In this document: positions 1 through 9,919 of the stretch, one piece after another
Layout: every line of letters starts with the position of its first letter
How positions within the stretch are numbered: position 1 is the stretch's first letter
Assembly (NCBI GenBank): GCA_964653095.1
Contig: CAZZEH010000009.1
Span: 39,266-103,265 of the forward strand
Source of the DNA: an uncultured Chitinophagales bacterium
Lineage (GTDB): Bacteria > Bacteroidota > Bacteroidia > Chitinophagales > JADIYW01
Reading direction: 5' to 3'
Length of the DNA stretch: 64,000 nt
Made by a program: the position numbers and the translations under genes
Notes under the pieces: model-generated
Databases searched by the model: none
Seen by the model: only the letters and a program-made list of their open reading frames with translations
Told to the model about the DNA's origin: nothing

Positions 1-234
1 GCTTATATTCTCCCTCATTTTAGCTATTGTATCGTTGTCCTGGAGAGAGGAAAAGTTTTCAATCAGGGCTTGAAATAATTGAGGGTTTTTAAAGTTTACC
101 TTTTCAAAATAAGTCTGTATGGTCTCTCTAAGCACGTTGCCCGCCTGGACACTTTGATCTTCAGTCAGACCAAATTTCTCCTTCATCTGATGATTGATTC
201 TTTCTTCTAACTGTTGGAGTATTTGCTGCCACAT
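1..234 (-). CDS. hypothetical protein, first 78 codons only (gene continues past the left edge)
   Basis: ATG at 234..232 (minus) opens a frame MWQQILQQLEERINHQMKEKFGLTEDQ... that stays open to position 1. It is absent from the ORF track because it is unterminated. No recognisable motif. Confidence 0.3.
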   Translation of the reverse strand, partial: MWQQILQQLEERINHQMKEKFGLTEDQSVQAGNVLRETIQTYFEKVNFKNPQLFQALIENFSSLQDNDTIAKMRENIS

Positions 235-301
235 GACTTTCAATTTTTAGAACTGACTGTATAAAAATACTACAAAATAATTTTTCATCTCTTATTTATT
301 C

Positions 302-3300
302 TTAATTTATTTTTTTTAGCCTGACAAAGAAAGTGGCTCCATCCACATCTGTATTGTTTTCAAACCAAATCTCTCCATCGGTAGATTCTACTATACTTTT
401 ACAGATCGCCAGCCCGAGACCAGTACCGGAGGACTTGGTAGTAAAGTTGGGCTCAAAAATATCTTCAAATCTTTCTTTCGGAATTCCCACACCGTTATCC
501 TTGATTTGTATCACACAATGAGTGCGTTCTTCATTAATACTTATTTCAATATGACCTTCTTTGTCGTCCGGAACAGACTGAATGGCATTTTTTAACAGGT
601 TAGTAAACACCCGAACCATTTGTTCTCTGTCAGCAAATACATAAATATTTTTATCCGGCAGGTTCTTACGTACAGATATTTCTTTGTTTGTCTCAAACAG
701 TTCTGCCACGCTTTTGACGACTTCTGCTATATCAATTTTTTCAGGCTTACCCGTCGGCATCTTGGCAAAATTTGAAAACGCCGTCGCTATATTGGCTAAT
801 GTATCAATTTCCTCAATCAGCCGCACTGATATTTTACCTGCCATTTTTTCTACATCTTCTCTGCCTTCTTCGATTGCCCGCTGCAAGTGCTGAATACTCA
901 GTTTCATTGGAGTCAGCGGATTTTTTATTTCATGAGCAACCTGTTTGGCCATCTCTCTCCAGGCACTTTCGCGCTCAGACTTGGCAAGCAGACCCGCGCT
1001 CTCCTCCAACACATCCACCATACGATTATATTCACTCACCAACTCCCCTATTTCATCCTTATTTCGCCATTGTATAGGCACATTCTTTTTCCCGAGTTCG
1101 ACCTTTTTAATGCTTTCAGTAATAATACTGAGAGGCTTTACAATAGCTCTGGACACCCAGACAGACAATAAGGCGGCGCCGAGAATCAGTATGGTGTATA
1201 TATTGACAATAGACATTAAAAAGAAAGAGATGTCATTCTTTATATTTCTTTCTTTCCCGTAATAAGGCAGATTGACAAAACCCAAAACCTCTCCATCCGG
1301 ATCACTTAACGGCAGATATGCCGAGATAAATTTCAGTTTCCCAATCCATTCATTCTGAATAAAATTAGAAAATCCTTCAATCCTTAAGGTTTGATATGCC
1401 CGAGGACTCATTTGCGTGGACTGTAATCCGTTTCTAAAGATTTCCGGTTGCGAGGTGTACATCAGTTTACCACTGTAATCATAGGTGTTGATATCAATAG
1501 TATAAATTTCAGAAACTTCCTGAATCCTGTCCAAAAGCGAGTTGGACAAATCATCTTCAGCCTCTTCGGCAAGGTTTTCTGTATAAACGGCTTCCAAAAC
1601 ATCAGCTATCGCATGACCCCGTCGTTTCAGGCTCTCATTATGCATGTGATTATATTGGACGTTGAAGAAAAACATTGTCATCGCCCCTACTAATACAAGT
1701 GAAAACAACACTAAGCTAATCATAGAGCCCTGTATCTGCTTCTGAAATGTATTGAGTTTCAGATTCTTTCTGATTCTCCTGTCAGAAAACCAAAAACCTC
1801 TGTAATCGTCCACAAAGCTCAGTATGTAGAAAAATACTATCTGAAAAATAAGAATAAAAGAAAAGTAGGAAAACGATCCCAAAACACCTACTTGTTTATA
1901 TGAGACCACAACCCGCTTACCCGATATGCTATAAGCCACATGTACATATCCGCCAGCCCTGCTAACGTCCGTTTTTTCATCGAAATTTGGAAGAGAGTTT
2001 ATATTTAAAGGATAGCTGTAATTTCCTTCTGTCCGGATTAAAAGTCCGTTTCTGTAGATTGCATAAGTTACGTCGCTTATCTGATTGCCTATTGCATACT
2101 CGGCATCCGATCTCAACAGTTCCGGATAGACATTATAAGAGATAAAGGCTTTTGGGGTCAAAACAATGACCAAGTGCCCCAACAGTGTTTCTTCCTGAAG
2201 ATAATCAGTGAAAATCATATACTTTTCACCTTTAGACTTCGCGGAGAAATAATACAGATTAGGTGTAATTATTTGAGCTCCTTTTTGGTTTTTTGCAGTT
2301 TGCAATGTATAGAGAGAGTGTGAATCATCCCCTTTCAGCTGTAACCCCTGGCTGTTGAATGAGTGAATCGATATATTGTACACTCCCATGTACTTACTGA
2401 AATATTTTTGCTTAATCCGATTGTCAGAATCAAAAGAAACCAGATAAGGGCTCTCAAAATAACTTTTGACAAAATTGTCTTCACTAAGTTCTTCTACAAT
2501 AGCTGTCAGATCAAATTCTTCCGCGTAATCCCGCTCAGAAGCGAGCTCGGCAGCATAATGCTGGGAGACTTCTACCTTTCTTAAATTTGAAAAATACAAG
2601 ATGCTGACTGCTCCGAGAAATGCATAAATACTCAGCAATACAATACTCATCAGAAAACGGTGCTTGGCAAAAAACAGCTTTTCCCTGCAGCTCCAGATTA
2701 AAAACAGCTCATAAAGAGCAAATACAAAAAGTAAGATTAAAACTATAGAAAGCGATTCGAAAATTCCAAAAAAGTAACCCACCCAAATGAAGACTATATG
2801 CAGAAAGAATTGTAATGCAAAGGTTTTTTTATTGAAAAAAGATTTTCTCAGATAATCCACCGGAATATATAAGAGCGCAAAAGAAAAATTAAGAATCAGA
2901 ATTCCGAATAAACTCTCCGCACTTAACAGGTTGAAATGGTTGAAATCAAAAGAGAGTATAGAGTTTCTGTGAAGACTTGCAATGATATATACAGTCAGGT
3001 AAAAAGAAAAGACCAAATAAGAAGTCATAAAAGCAGAAGCATAGAAAGAATGTATCGCTCTGGTTTTATGTAAAAAATATCGAATCCAATGTCTGAATAT
3101 CCAATGGAGTATATGCATTCTCAACAGCAGACCACCCAAAGAATCGGCGAGAAACGGAGAAGCATAGCTGTCTGACTGAAAAATATTACCGACACTTGTG
3201 AAAGACGGAATCTGAAGCAGATTAATATAGACTTCAATAAAAATAGCGTAAATGGCTGTCCATAGAACCGACTGAATCTTTTCTTTCTTCTTTAAAGCGG

Positions 3301-4015
3301 ACTCAAGTTTACGATTGACAAATAAAAACACTAAGAAAACTCCAAGAAGTTCCAACAAAATCACCGGCCATATATATATTCTTTCGGAAAGTATGTTTTC
3401 CTTTATGTAAAACATTTCTTTGCCATCTCCCGATAAAACCGGTGCACTGTCAGAGAGTTCCGCACCATCTCTCCTTGTAATAATTGTTTTTTGCAGTATC
3501 GGAGAATTAAGACTGTATCCTGATTTTAAAAATTTGTTCTCCACAGGATAGTATTGGTAAACGGGCAAAAGGCTGATTAGCTGATAGCCTTGTGTTAAAC
3601 CAAAAGATTTTATGACATAATATCCGTTATTAATTCTCACTAATTTCTCCTGTGAGTCGTATGCTGCGGCAGTATTAGTAATGGTCACCCTGCTGGTAGA
3701 CCAATATATCATCTGTCGCTCCGTATTTAATACAAACAGATAAAATGCTTCCCCTTTTGCCTCTTCGTTGAGGTAACTATACAGTTTGGGCAAAGAATCC
3801 AATACAGAAAGTAATTCAGGCTTTTGAGCGATTTTCTCTGCTTTGGCATTTTGCTCCTGTATCCAGTCCGTTAAAATTTCAACTGCTTTTCCTACAGAAT
3901 CAGAAGAGTTTTGTATTCTGTTATGTACAAACGAAAAAGTCAGAAGCAGAATTCCAAACAACAGGAATCCCTTAAAGTAAAAATCTCTTTTTCGCAATGG
4001 AATCATACTCAGCAC
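302..4015 (-). CDS. large multi-pass sensor histidine kinase (orphan)
   Basis: 1237-aa ORF. Signal anchor, then two long extracytoplasmic segments separated by a block of about 8 hydrophobic helices (aa ~215-480), then further TM helices. H-box HEIKNPLTPMKLS (NtrY-like HisKA), N box NLLKNAIQS, G1 DNGVGIP, G2 GTGLGLAI. No response regulator adjacent. Confidence 0.9.
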   Translation of the reverse strand: MLSMIPLRKRDFYFKGFLLFGILLLTFSFVHNRIQNSSDSVGKAVEILTDWIQEQNAKAEKIAQKPELLSVLDSLPKLYSYLNEEAKGEAFYLFVLNTERQMIYWSTSRVTITNTAAAYDSQEKLVRINNGYYVIKSFGLTQGYQLISLLPVYQYYPVENKFLKSGYSLNSPILQKTIITRRDGAELSDSAPVLSGDGKEMFYIKENILSERIYIWPVILLELLGVFLVFLFVNRKLESALKKKEKIQSVLWTAIYAIFIEVYINLLQIPSFTSVGNIFQSDSYASPFLADSLGGLLLRMHILHWIFRHWIRYFLHKTRAIHSFYASAFMTSYLVFSFYLTVYIIASLHRNSILSFDFNHFNLLSAESLFGILILNFSFALLYIPVDYLRKSFFNKKTFALQFFLHIVFIWVGYFFGIFESLSIVLILLFVFALYELFLIWSCREKLFFAKHRFLMSIVLLSIYAFLGAVSILYFSNLRKVEVSQHYAAELASERDYAEEFDLTAIVEELSEDNFVKSYFESPYLVSFDSDNRIKQKYFSKYMGVYNISIHSFNSQGLQLKGDDSHSLYTLQTAKNQKGAQIITPNLYYFSAKSKGEKYMIFTDYLQEETLLGHLVIVLTPKAFISYNVYPELLRSDAEYAIGNQISDVTYAIYRNGLLIRTEGNYSYPLNINSLPNFDEKTDVSRAGGYVHVAYSISGKRVVVSYKQVGVLGSFSYFSFILIFQIVFFYILSFVDDYRGFWFSDRRIRKNLKLNTFQKQIQGSMISLVLFSLVLVGAMTMFFFNVQYNHMHNESLKRRGHAIADVLEAVYTENLAEEAEDDLSNSLLDRIQEVSEIYTIDINTYDYSGKLMYTSQPEIFRNGLQSTQMSPRAYQTLRIEGFSNFIQNEWIGKLKFISAYLPLSDPDGEVLGFVNLPYYGKERNIKNDISFFLMSIVNIYTILILGAALLSVWVSRAIVKPLSIITESIKKVELGKKNVPIQWRNKDEIGELVSEYNRMVDVLEESAGLLAKSERESAWREMAKQVAHEIKNPLTPMKLSIQHLQRAIEEGREDVEKMAGKISVRLIEEIDTLANIATAFSNFAKMPTGKPEKIDIAEVVKSVAELFETNKEISVRKNLPDKNIYVFADREQMVRVFTNLLKNAIQSVPDDKEGHIEISINEERTHCVIQIKDNGVGIPKERFEDIFEPNFTTKSSGTGLGLAICKSIVESTDGEIWFENNTDVDGATFFVRLKKIN

Positions 4016-4439
4016 TTGTATTGAATCACTCCATAAGCTAAGATACGGTATTGATTCACCGGAAATTAAACTTTTTAGGATAAATGGCGTGACTGCTTAA
4101 AAATCTATTGCCGATGCAAGTCGGCTAATCTCATAGTGCAAATAAAAAATGCTGCACAAACTGCATCGTATTGATTTTTTATTTGAATGCAGCGCTTCTT
4201 AATTACTTACTACAGATACATAAGTTCTGTTCTTTTATTTATTAATTAATATTTTTATATCTCAATTTTGGTATAAGACCGGCGAAAACCATTCTTTACT
4301 CTATATCCTTACGGCGTTTTTCTAAACCCGGATTATGCCAAAATGCATACCAAATCGATGGGAAACAGGTAATTGAAAAGCCTTGGCCTGACAGCATCTG
4401 GCATCTGACTAAAAGCTTCTCTTGGGGTGAATTATAAAA

Positions 4440-7028
4440 TTATTCTTTTACCAACTTATATGTGGAGATATCTCCGTGAGGATCTGTAAATACTATGAAA
4501 TATAAGGAAGGTGACAGCATAGAAATATCTATAGTATTTACATTGTCATACAGTGAACCTTTGATGACCTGGCTGCCATTAAGATCAATAATACTATACT
4601 TGTAGTCCTTTTTGTCAATCATACTGACATTTAAAATGCCAGAAGAAGGGTTTGGGTAAAGTATTAATTCTATTTCCTTGTGGTCGGCAACGCCAGTCAC
4701 TATTCCAAAAGTAGCTATCACTTCTATATCCTGATAGACTTTTTCATCAGTTCTGGGGTTGTCTGTAACGCCATCTGACCATGTAGTAAAAATATAACCA
4801 TTTGAGGCCATTGCGGTTACCGCATTGCCATCCTGGCCTTCCTCTATAGTCTGAACAGAGTCTCCTTGCAAATATCCGCCCTCTCCAGAAAAATATTTCA
4901 AAGTGTAGTAAATCATATCTTTTTCAAATTCGGCAGTTACAGCAATATCGCCCTGCACATCTCTATCTGTTCTGGGATTGTCGGTAACGCCATCTGACCA
5001 TTTTGAAAACAAATAACCTGATTCAGGAATAGCCTCTATTGAAGCTCCATCTGCAAATTCTTCTACCGTTTGAATACTATCTCCCAGTAAGTATCCATGA
5101 TCGCCAGATGTATAAACGAGAGTGTAGTAATTAACCTTTTTAAAAAATGCCTTAATACTTATATTTCTGGTTACATTTTTGTCCGTTCTTGGGTTATCCA
5201 GAATCCCATCTCCCCACTTTAGAAAAGTATAACCCGCATTAGGGATTGCAGTTATCGGTGTTCCATCATAAAATCTTTCAACTGTCTGTATGGTATCTCC
5301 TTCTAAAGAGCCGTTTACAGCAGAATTGTATTTTAAAGTGTAAAATATCTTTTCCGTAAAAAATGCTTTTACATCGACGTTTTTATTCACATTACTGTCT
5401 ATTCTGGGGTTATCTGTTCTTTCATCATTCCATTTTAAAAAATTGTACCCATCATTTGGAATAGCCTCTACCGCTGTTCCATTCGAATTATAAGCTACTG
5501 ATTGGATAGAGTCACCAGACAAGAACCCATTGTCATCGGAAGAGTATTTTAGTTCATAATAAATTGTATCAAAAAATACAGAAACATCTAAATCATTCTT
5601 TACTGACTGATCCCAACGTGGATTATTCTCAAGACTGTCAGACCACATTACAAATTTATAGCCCGGATTGGGAATAACTTTTACTGGTGTGGCATTGAAT
5701 AAATCCGGTACAATCTGTATTGTGTCTCCTTCTATTACTCCATTATTTCCCGCAGTATATTTTAAAGTATGCAAGAGTGAATCAAAAATTGCTTGTGCAG
5801 CTATATCCTCCTGAACTGTATTCTCAATTCTTGGGTTCTGCATATTCCCATCAGTCCATTTTACAAATTGGAGCCCCATATCCGGCACAGCAGTTACTGC
5901 ATAACTTTGAACTCCATGCGGAACAGTTTGTATAATGTCATCATATACCTGACCTCCATTTAGAGCTCGATAATTTAAAGTATAAAAGGGATCCGATAAA
6001 TCACTACATCCTACATCATGAAGAAAAGCCATTGTCCGATCTACTAAAACTTCAATAGAATTAATAGAAAAAACATGATTCAAATCCGGTGCTAAAAAGA
6101 GATTTGACTTTACACCCTTGGAAACAAGTTTATTTACAATACTTTTTGCCCCATGATACATCCCCCATAAGGGCGCATTTGCGAGTCCAAACATCAGATA
6201 ATTGGCGTCAATAGGGACTACACCGTCCTGTTCATAATGAAATGCCATTATATTAATGGCAGGTTGATTATCAATCCAATCAATGTCGAATAATGCGCCA
6301 CTATCAATAATTAGGTTTTTAATAGTACTGGAAAAAGAATAATTTCTATACTGAGAATTTTCATTCTCCAAACCGTCCACTTGATTGATAGCTTCAGTCC
6401 AGTCTGAATCCAAATTATCATTCTCATCCAAATAAACTGCTGTTAATGCAGCAATTCCACCTGCGGAAGCTCCATAGATTGTAATATTTGAGGTGTCAAT
6501 TTGGTATGGATTCCCTTGTACATCTACAGTATATTTTAAAAACTTCACAGCTTCTTTTATATCTTGAGCAGCTCTTAATACAGCTTTATTAAACCTAATC
6601 TTTGAATCAAAAAGAATGGCAGGTGTTATATCCAATCCAAGCGGATGTTCTTCTTTTCTATAAGTGATTGGTATCGCTATATATCCTCTTTTTGAATACT
6701 CAGTTGCAAGTTCTGTTATATGTATGTGTCCCAGACCTCCCTTTGTAAAGCCACCATCATGAACAATTAAAATAATGGGTCTAATAGATGTAGTATCTTC
6801 CGTAGTAGCTGGTTTGTAAATATCCAGAAAAAGTTCCTCGTTCATTCCGAGATTATTTTTATTAGTTGAATATAAAATTCGAGGGAGCGTATCAATATTT
6901 TCAAAAGAAACTTCCTGATTATTAATACTAATGCATTGGGCATTTGCATTGTTAATCTTTGTTGGTATAAAAACGAAAAAAAATAGAAATAGAATGAGAA
7001 TCCTATATAGTAATAACATGTATCTCAT
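4440..7028 (-). CDS. secreted alpha/beta-hydrolase (esterase/lipase family) with six Listeria-Bacteroides-type repeats and a T9SS C-terminal sorting domain
   Basis: 862-aa ORF with signal peptide, oxyanion motif HDGGF and nucleophile elbow GASAGG. Six tandem ~72-aa repeats. Last ~80 aa start LILYPNPSSGILNV, typical of Por/T9SS C-terminal domains. Confidence 0.85.
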   Translation of the reverse strand: MRYMLLLYRILILFLFFFVFIPTKINNANAQCISINNQEVSFENIDTLPRILYSTNKNNLGMNEELFLDIYKPATTEDTTSIRPIILIVHDGGFTKGGLGHIHITELATEYSKRGYIAIPITYRKEEHPLGLDITPAILFDSKIRFNKAVLRAAQDIKEAVKFLKYTVDVQGNPYQIDTSNITIYGASAGGIAALTAVYLDENDNLDSDWTEAINQVDGLENENSQYRNYSFSSTIKNLIIDSGALFDIDWIDNQPAINIMAFHYEQDGVVPIDANYLMFGLANAPLWGMYHGAKSIVNKLVSKGVKSNLFLAPDLNHVFSINSIEVLVDRTMAFLHDVGCSDLSDPFYTLNYRALNGGQVYDDIIQTVPHGVQSYAVTAVPDMGLQFVKWTDGNMQNPRIENTVQEDIAAQAIFDSLLHTLKYTAGNNGVIEGDTIQIVPDLFNATPVKVIPNPGYKFVMWSDSLENNPRWDQSVKNDLDVSVFFDTIYYELKYSSDDNGFLSGDSIQSVAYNSNGTAVEAIPNDGYNFLKWNDERTDNPRIDSNVNKNVDVKAFFTEKIFYTLKYNSAVNGSLEGDTIQTVERFYDGTPITAIPNAGYTFLKWGDGILDNPRTDKNVTRNISIKAFFKKVNYYTLVYTSGDHGYLLGDSIQTVEEFADGASIEAIPESGYLFSKWSDGVTDNPRTDRDVQGDIAVTAEFEKDMIYYTLKYFSGEGGYLQGDSVQTIEEGQDGNAVTAMASNGYIFTTWSDGVTDNPRTDEKVYQDIEVIATFGIVTGVADHKEIELILYPNPSSGILNVSMIDKKDYKYSIIDLNGSQVIKGSLYDNVNTIDISMLSPSLYFIVFTDPHGDISTYKLVKE
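4698..5987 (-). repeat. six tandem ~215-bp (about 72-aa) coding repeats, Listeria-Bacteroides (InlB B-repeat-like) class
   Basis: Protein aa 348-777 consists of six consecutive units. Each has the pattern YTLKY..G.L.GD(S/T)IQTV....G..(V/I).A.P..GY.F..W(S/N)DG..DNPR.D..V...(I/V).(V/I).A.F. Confidence 0.8.
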
Positions 7029-7455
7029 GTCAAAATCTTTAAGTTAAAAAAATAATGAGTGTATTTACTTGAAATATCACCTTTAAAATATAGCTTAATT
7101 AAAGTAAATCGGTTCGATGCAAAAGTATCATACTTCTTTAAAAGGAAAGAAGTATCCTCAAAAAGAGACGGTTAAATAAAAGAGTATAGCGAAGAAATCT
7201 TTAGATTACAGATTTAAAACACTAAAAATATTTATCTATTCCAGAGAGGCACACTGATTATTTGCGCACCCGATTAAATATTTTAAAGTCTTAAATGGGA
7301 CAAGAGAACCCGGATGATGATAAGATGGTAAAGATCTTGAAAGAATCGGAAAAACGACGAAACGCATTCTTCGGAGGTGGTAAAAATATATCGAAATTAT
7401 TGAGTATATAAAAAATTATCACTAATTTTAAACTGCAAATTAACACTTCGTTATC

Positions 7456-8721
7456 ATGAGAACACTTTTATTGCTGTTTGTTTTTGCTCTAACCATAAAA
7501 ACAGGCTATTCCGAAGAATGTGAAACTATTCGGTATAAAGAAAAGATTTTCGACGAAATCGAAATTATCGAAGACATACAATACGGCTCTAACCTCAACA
7601 ATATAAATAAGGAGCAATCGCTCTATTTAGACGTCTTCATGCCTTCACTCAATCAGGATACACTAAAAAGACGACCGGTAGTATTGCTTTTTCACGGAGG
7701 TTCTTTTGTCGGAGGAAGCAGAAAAGTTTCTACTATTAGATTTATGGCCAACGAGCTCGCACGGAGAGGATATGTGGCCATTCCGGTACAGTACCGTTTA
7801 GAACAGGTAGCTGGTAACGGAGAGCCTATTCTTAATTTTGCCAATAAAATTAAATGGTACAAAGCAATTCTCAGAGGGGCACAGGACATTAAAGGTTCTA
7901 TTCGGTACTTGAAATACACTGTGGCACAAGAGGGGAATCCTTATGGCATTGACACCAGTAACTTCACGCTTTACGGTTCATCCGCAGGAGCTATCGGAAT
8001 TTTGCATGCCACATACTTAGACGATTCAGACGAAATAAATCTCGCATGGACAAACGCTGTCAATGATTTGGGTGGTTTGGAAGGCAATACATCCACTCAT
8101 CTACAATATGGCTCTGTCAATACCGTAAAAAATCTCATTGTGGACAGTGGTGCACTATTTGAAAAAGACTGGATAGGTGATAAAAATGATGTAGCCGTAT
8201 TATCTGCACATCACAATCAGGACCCTACCGTCCCATTTGGCCACGGTTGTTTTTATGTCGGATTTTGCCATTTGGGACAGCATTACGGACCCCTGCAATA
8301 TGTTCCTGTCCTACAGGAAAACGGTTCCAGGGTGGAACAATATGTAGTGCAAGGTGCAGCACATCCGGTGGATGATTTGAATCGGGAACTTGCTTTGGAA
8401 AAAACTGTAAACTTCCTTTATGAATCTCAATGTCAGTATGTTCCGGAGGATCCGATTCCAACCTCTATTCGATCAAATACTCTAACAGAGTTAAAGGTCT
8501 ATCCGAATCCAAACAGCGGGATATTTACGGTTCAGAGTTCGGAGCTCTCAGGCGTTGATAAACTACAGTTATATTCTGTCAGCGGGCAACTGATGCAGGA
8601 AATTAGGCTGACCAATCTGTCTCAGCAAATTGAATTAGACTATCCGAACGGGATGTATTTTATGACTCTTTCCAATCCTCAGGGCGTCAAAGGAATGACA
8701 AAAATCACGATTAGTCGATAA
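7456..8721 (+). CDS. secreted alpha/beta-hydrolase (esterase) with T9SS C-terminal sorting domain; paralogue of 4440..7028
   Basis: 421-aa ORF with signal peptide and motifs FHGGSF and GSSAGA. Colinear with the catalytic domain of the divergent neighbour (AQDIK..LKYTV..GNPY.IDTSN.T.YG.SAG, KNLI.DSGALF). C-terminus KVYPNPNSGIFTV. Confidence 0.85.
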   Translation: MRTLLLLFVFALTIKTGYSEECETIRYKEKIFDEIEIIEDIQYGSNLNNINKEQSLYLDVFMPSLNQDTLKRRPVVLLFHGGSFVGGSRKVSTIRFMANELARRGYVAIPVQYRLEQVAGNGEPILNFANKIKWYKAILRGAQDIKGSIRYLKYTVAQEGNPYGIDTSNFTLYGSSAGAIGILHATYLDDSDEINLAWTNAVNDLGGLEGNTSTHLQYGSVNTVKNLIVDSGALFEKDWIGDKNDVAVLSAHHNQDPTVPFGHGCFYVGFCHLGQHYGPLQYVPVLQENGSRVEQYVVQGAAHPVDDLNRELALEKTVNFLYESQCQYVPEDPIPTSIRSNTLTELKVYPNPNSGIFTVQSSELSGVDKLQLYSVSGQLMQEIRLTNLSQQIELDYPNGMYFMTLSNPQGVKGMTKITISR

Positions 8722-8749
8722 TATATAAAGTCTTGTTAGTTGCTTTAAC

Positions 8750-9832
8750 TCAAGCGCGCATCATACTCAGGAACTGATCATACAAGTGCCATGAGTCTTG
8801 TGTATAAGGGATATACCGCACGCTGAAAGCCTTTTTCCCCGCGACACGAAAACCTTCAACAGACTTGTCATGAAGACTTTGGTGGGTCTTCACGATTTTA
8901 TCAGAGTTTAAAAGGATATTCTGATTTATTTCATAACCGTATATTCTCTTAGTTATTTCGCCTTTCCCGGACTCAAGATTTTGTACAGGATAATTTGATC
9001 CCCGATGTTTGTATTTGGAAGTCAAAGTATCAATACCTAAAGCTTCTGCCAAAATCAGGTGTCCCAATCCGATACCAAACAATGGCACATCTTTTTTCAG
9101 GGCTTGCTGCACCAGCTCAATCGTATTCGTTAATAATTTTGGGTTATCGGGTCCGTTAGATAAAAATATTCCGTCAGGGCGGTATTCCATCAGGTCTGCG
9201 TAAGATGAATCTGAAGGAAAAACTTTGACCTGGCATCCCCTGTCTGTCAGACTCCTAACTGCACTCATAGTCAGTCCAAGATTGATTGCAGCTACTTTAT
9301 ATCGAACGTCCCCCTCCTGCGGTTCAAAAACTTCGGAAGTTTCAGATAAAAACTTTCTCTTTGTGTTTGCCTTCGTTTTGCTTGCTAACAATTTTTGAAG
9401 CAGTACTTCTTTATCGGTTTCTTCGGAAGAGATTACTCCATACATTCCCCCATTTACTCTCAAATACTGAATTAATTCTCTGGTGTCAATCCCGTAAATG
9501 CCGATAATTCCTGAATCTTTTAAAAAATCCTGAAGGCTGTCGTTTGCCTTGGCTCTGGAAAATATTTGAGTATAATTATTGCAGATTACTCCGGACAAAT
9601 ATACTTTGGAGGATTCGAGTTCATCATTTGTTATTCCATAATTACCTATGTGTGCATTAGCTGTTACTACTAAGCTGTCGCTTGACGAAGGATCTGTGGC
9701 CACCTCCTGAAATCCAATCATGCTCGTCAGGAAGCTTAATTCTCCGACAATCGTTCCGGTTTCTCCGAATGAAAATCCGCTAAATTCAGTTCCGTCTTCA
9801 AGTAATAACAGAGCTTTTTTATCTTGTACCAT
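8750..9832 (-). CDS. carA: carbamoyl-phosphate synthase small-subunit (CarA) homologue with substituted glutaminase triad
   Basis: 360-aa ORF. CarA N-domain motifs are present (ALLLLEDGTEFSG, TSMIGFQE, HIGNYG) and so is PDGIFLSNGP. The nucleophile elbow reads FGIGLGHL (canonical FGICLGHQ). The C-terminal GHPE region reads RYIPY. Confidence 0.85.
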   Translation of the reverse strand: MVQDKKALLLLEDGTEFSGFSFGETGTIVGELSFLTSMIGFQEVATDPSSSDSLVVTANAHIGNYGITNDELESSKVYLSGVICNNYTQIFSRAKANDSLQDFLKDSGIIGIYGIDTRELIQYLRVNGGMYGVISSEETDKEVLLQKLLASKTKANTKRKFLSETSEVFEPQEGDVRYKVAAINLGLTMSAVRSLTDRGCQVKVFPSDSSYADLMEYRPDGIFLSNGPDNPKLLTNTIELVQQALKKDVPLFGIGLGHLILAEALGIDTLTSKYKHRGSNYPVQNLESGKGEITKRIYGYEINQNILLNSDKIVKTHQSLHDKSVEGFRVAGKKAFSVRYIPYTQDSWHLYDQFLSMMRA

Positions 9833-9860
9833 GCTGCAAAAATATATTAATCTTATATAC

Positions 9861-9898
9861 TAAAAAAGGATAGTACCTTTCAGCACTATCCTTTTTTT
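9861..9898 (-). terminator. intrinsic (bidirectional) terminator hairpin after rplQ
   Basis: AAAAAAGGATAGT-acctttcagc-ACTATCCTTTTTTTT: 7-bp GGATAGT/ACTATCC stem extended by A/T runs on both sides. Lies between the rplQ stop (9920) and the carA-like start (9832). Confidence 0.55.
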
Positions 9899-9919
9899 TA
9901 TTATTTATCGACATTTATT

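Noticed and set aside
302-2584. Plus-strand ORFs of 62-105 aa inside the large kinase gene
   Set aside because: Antisense shadow ORFs within a gene that has clear HisKA/HATPase motifs.
4698-5987. Regularly spaced repeats that might suggest a CRISPR array; the MITE and repeat C copies were also considered
   Set aside because: The ~215-bp units are in-frame protein repeats with no spacer structure. The other repeats are dispersed single copies. No CRISPR-like array and no cas genes are in the window.
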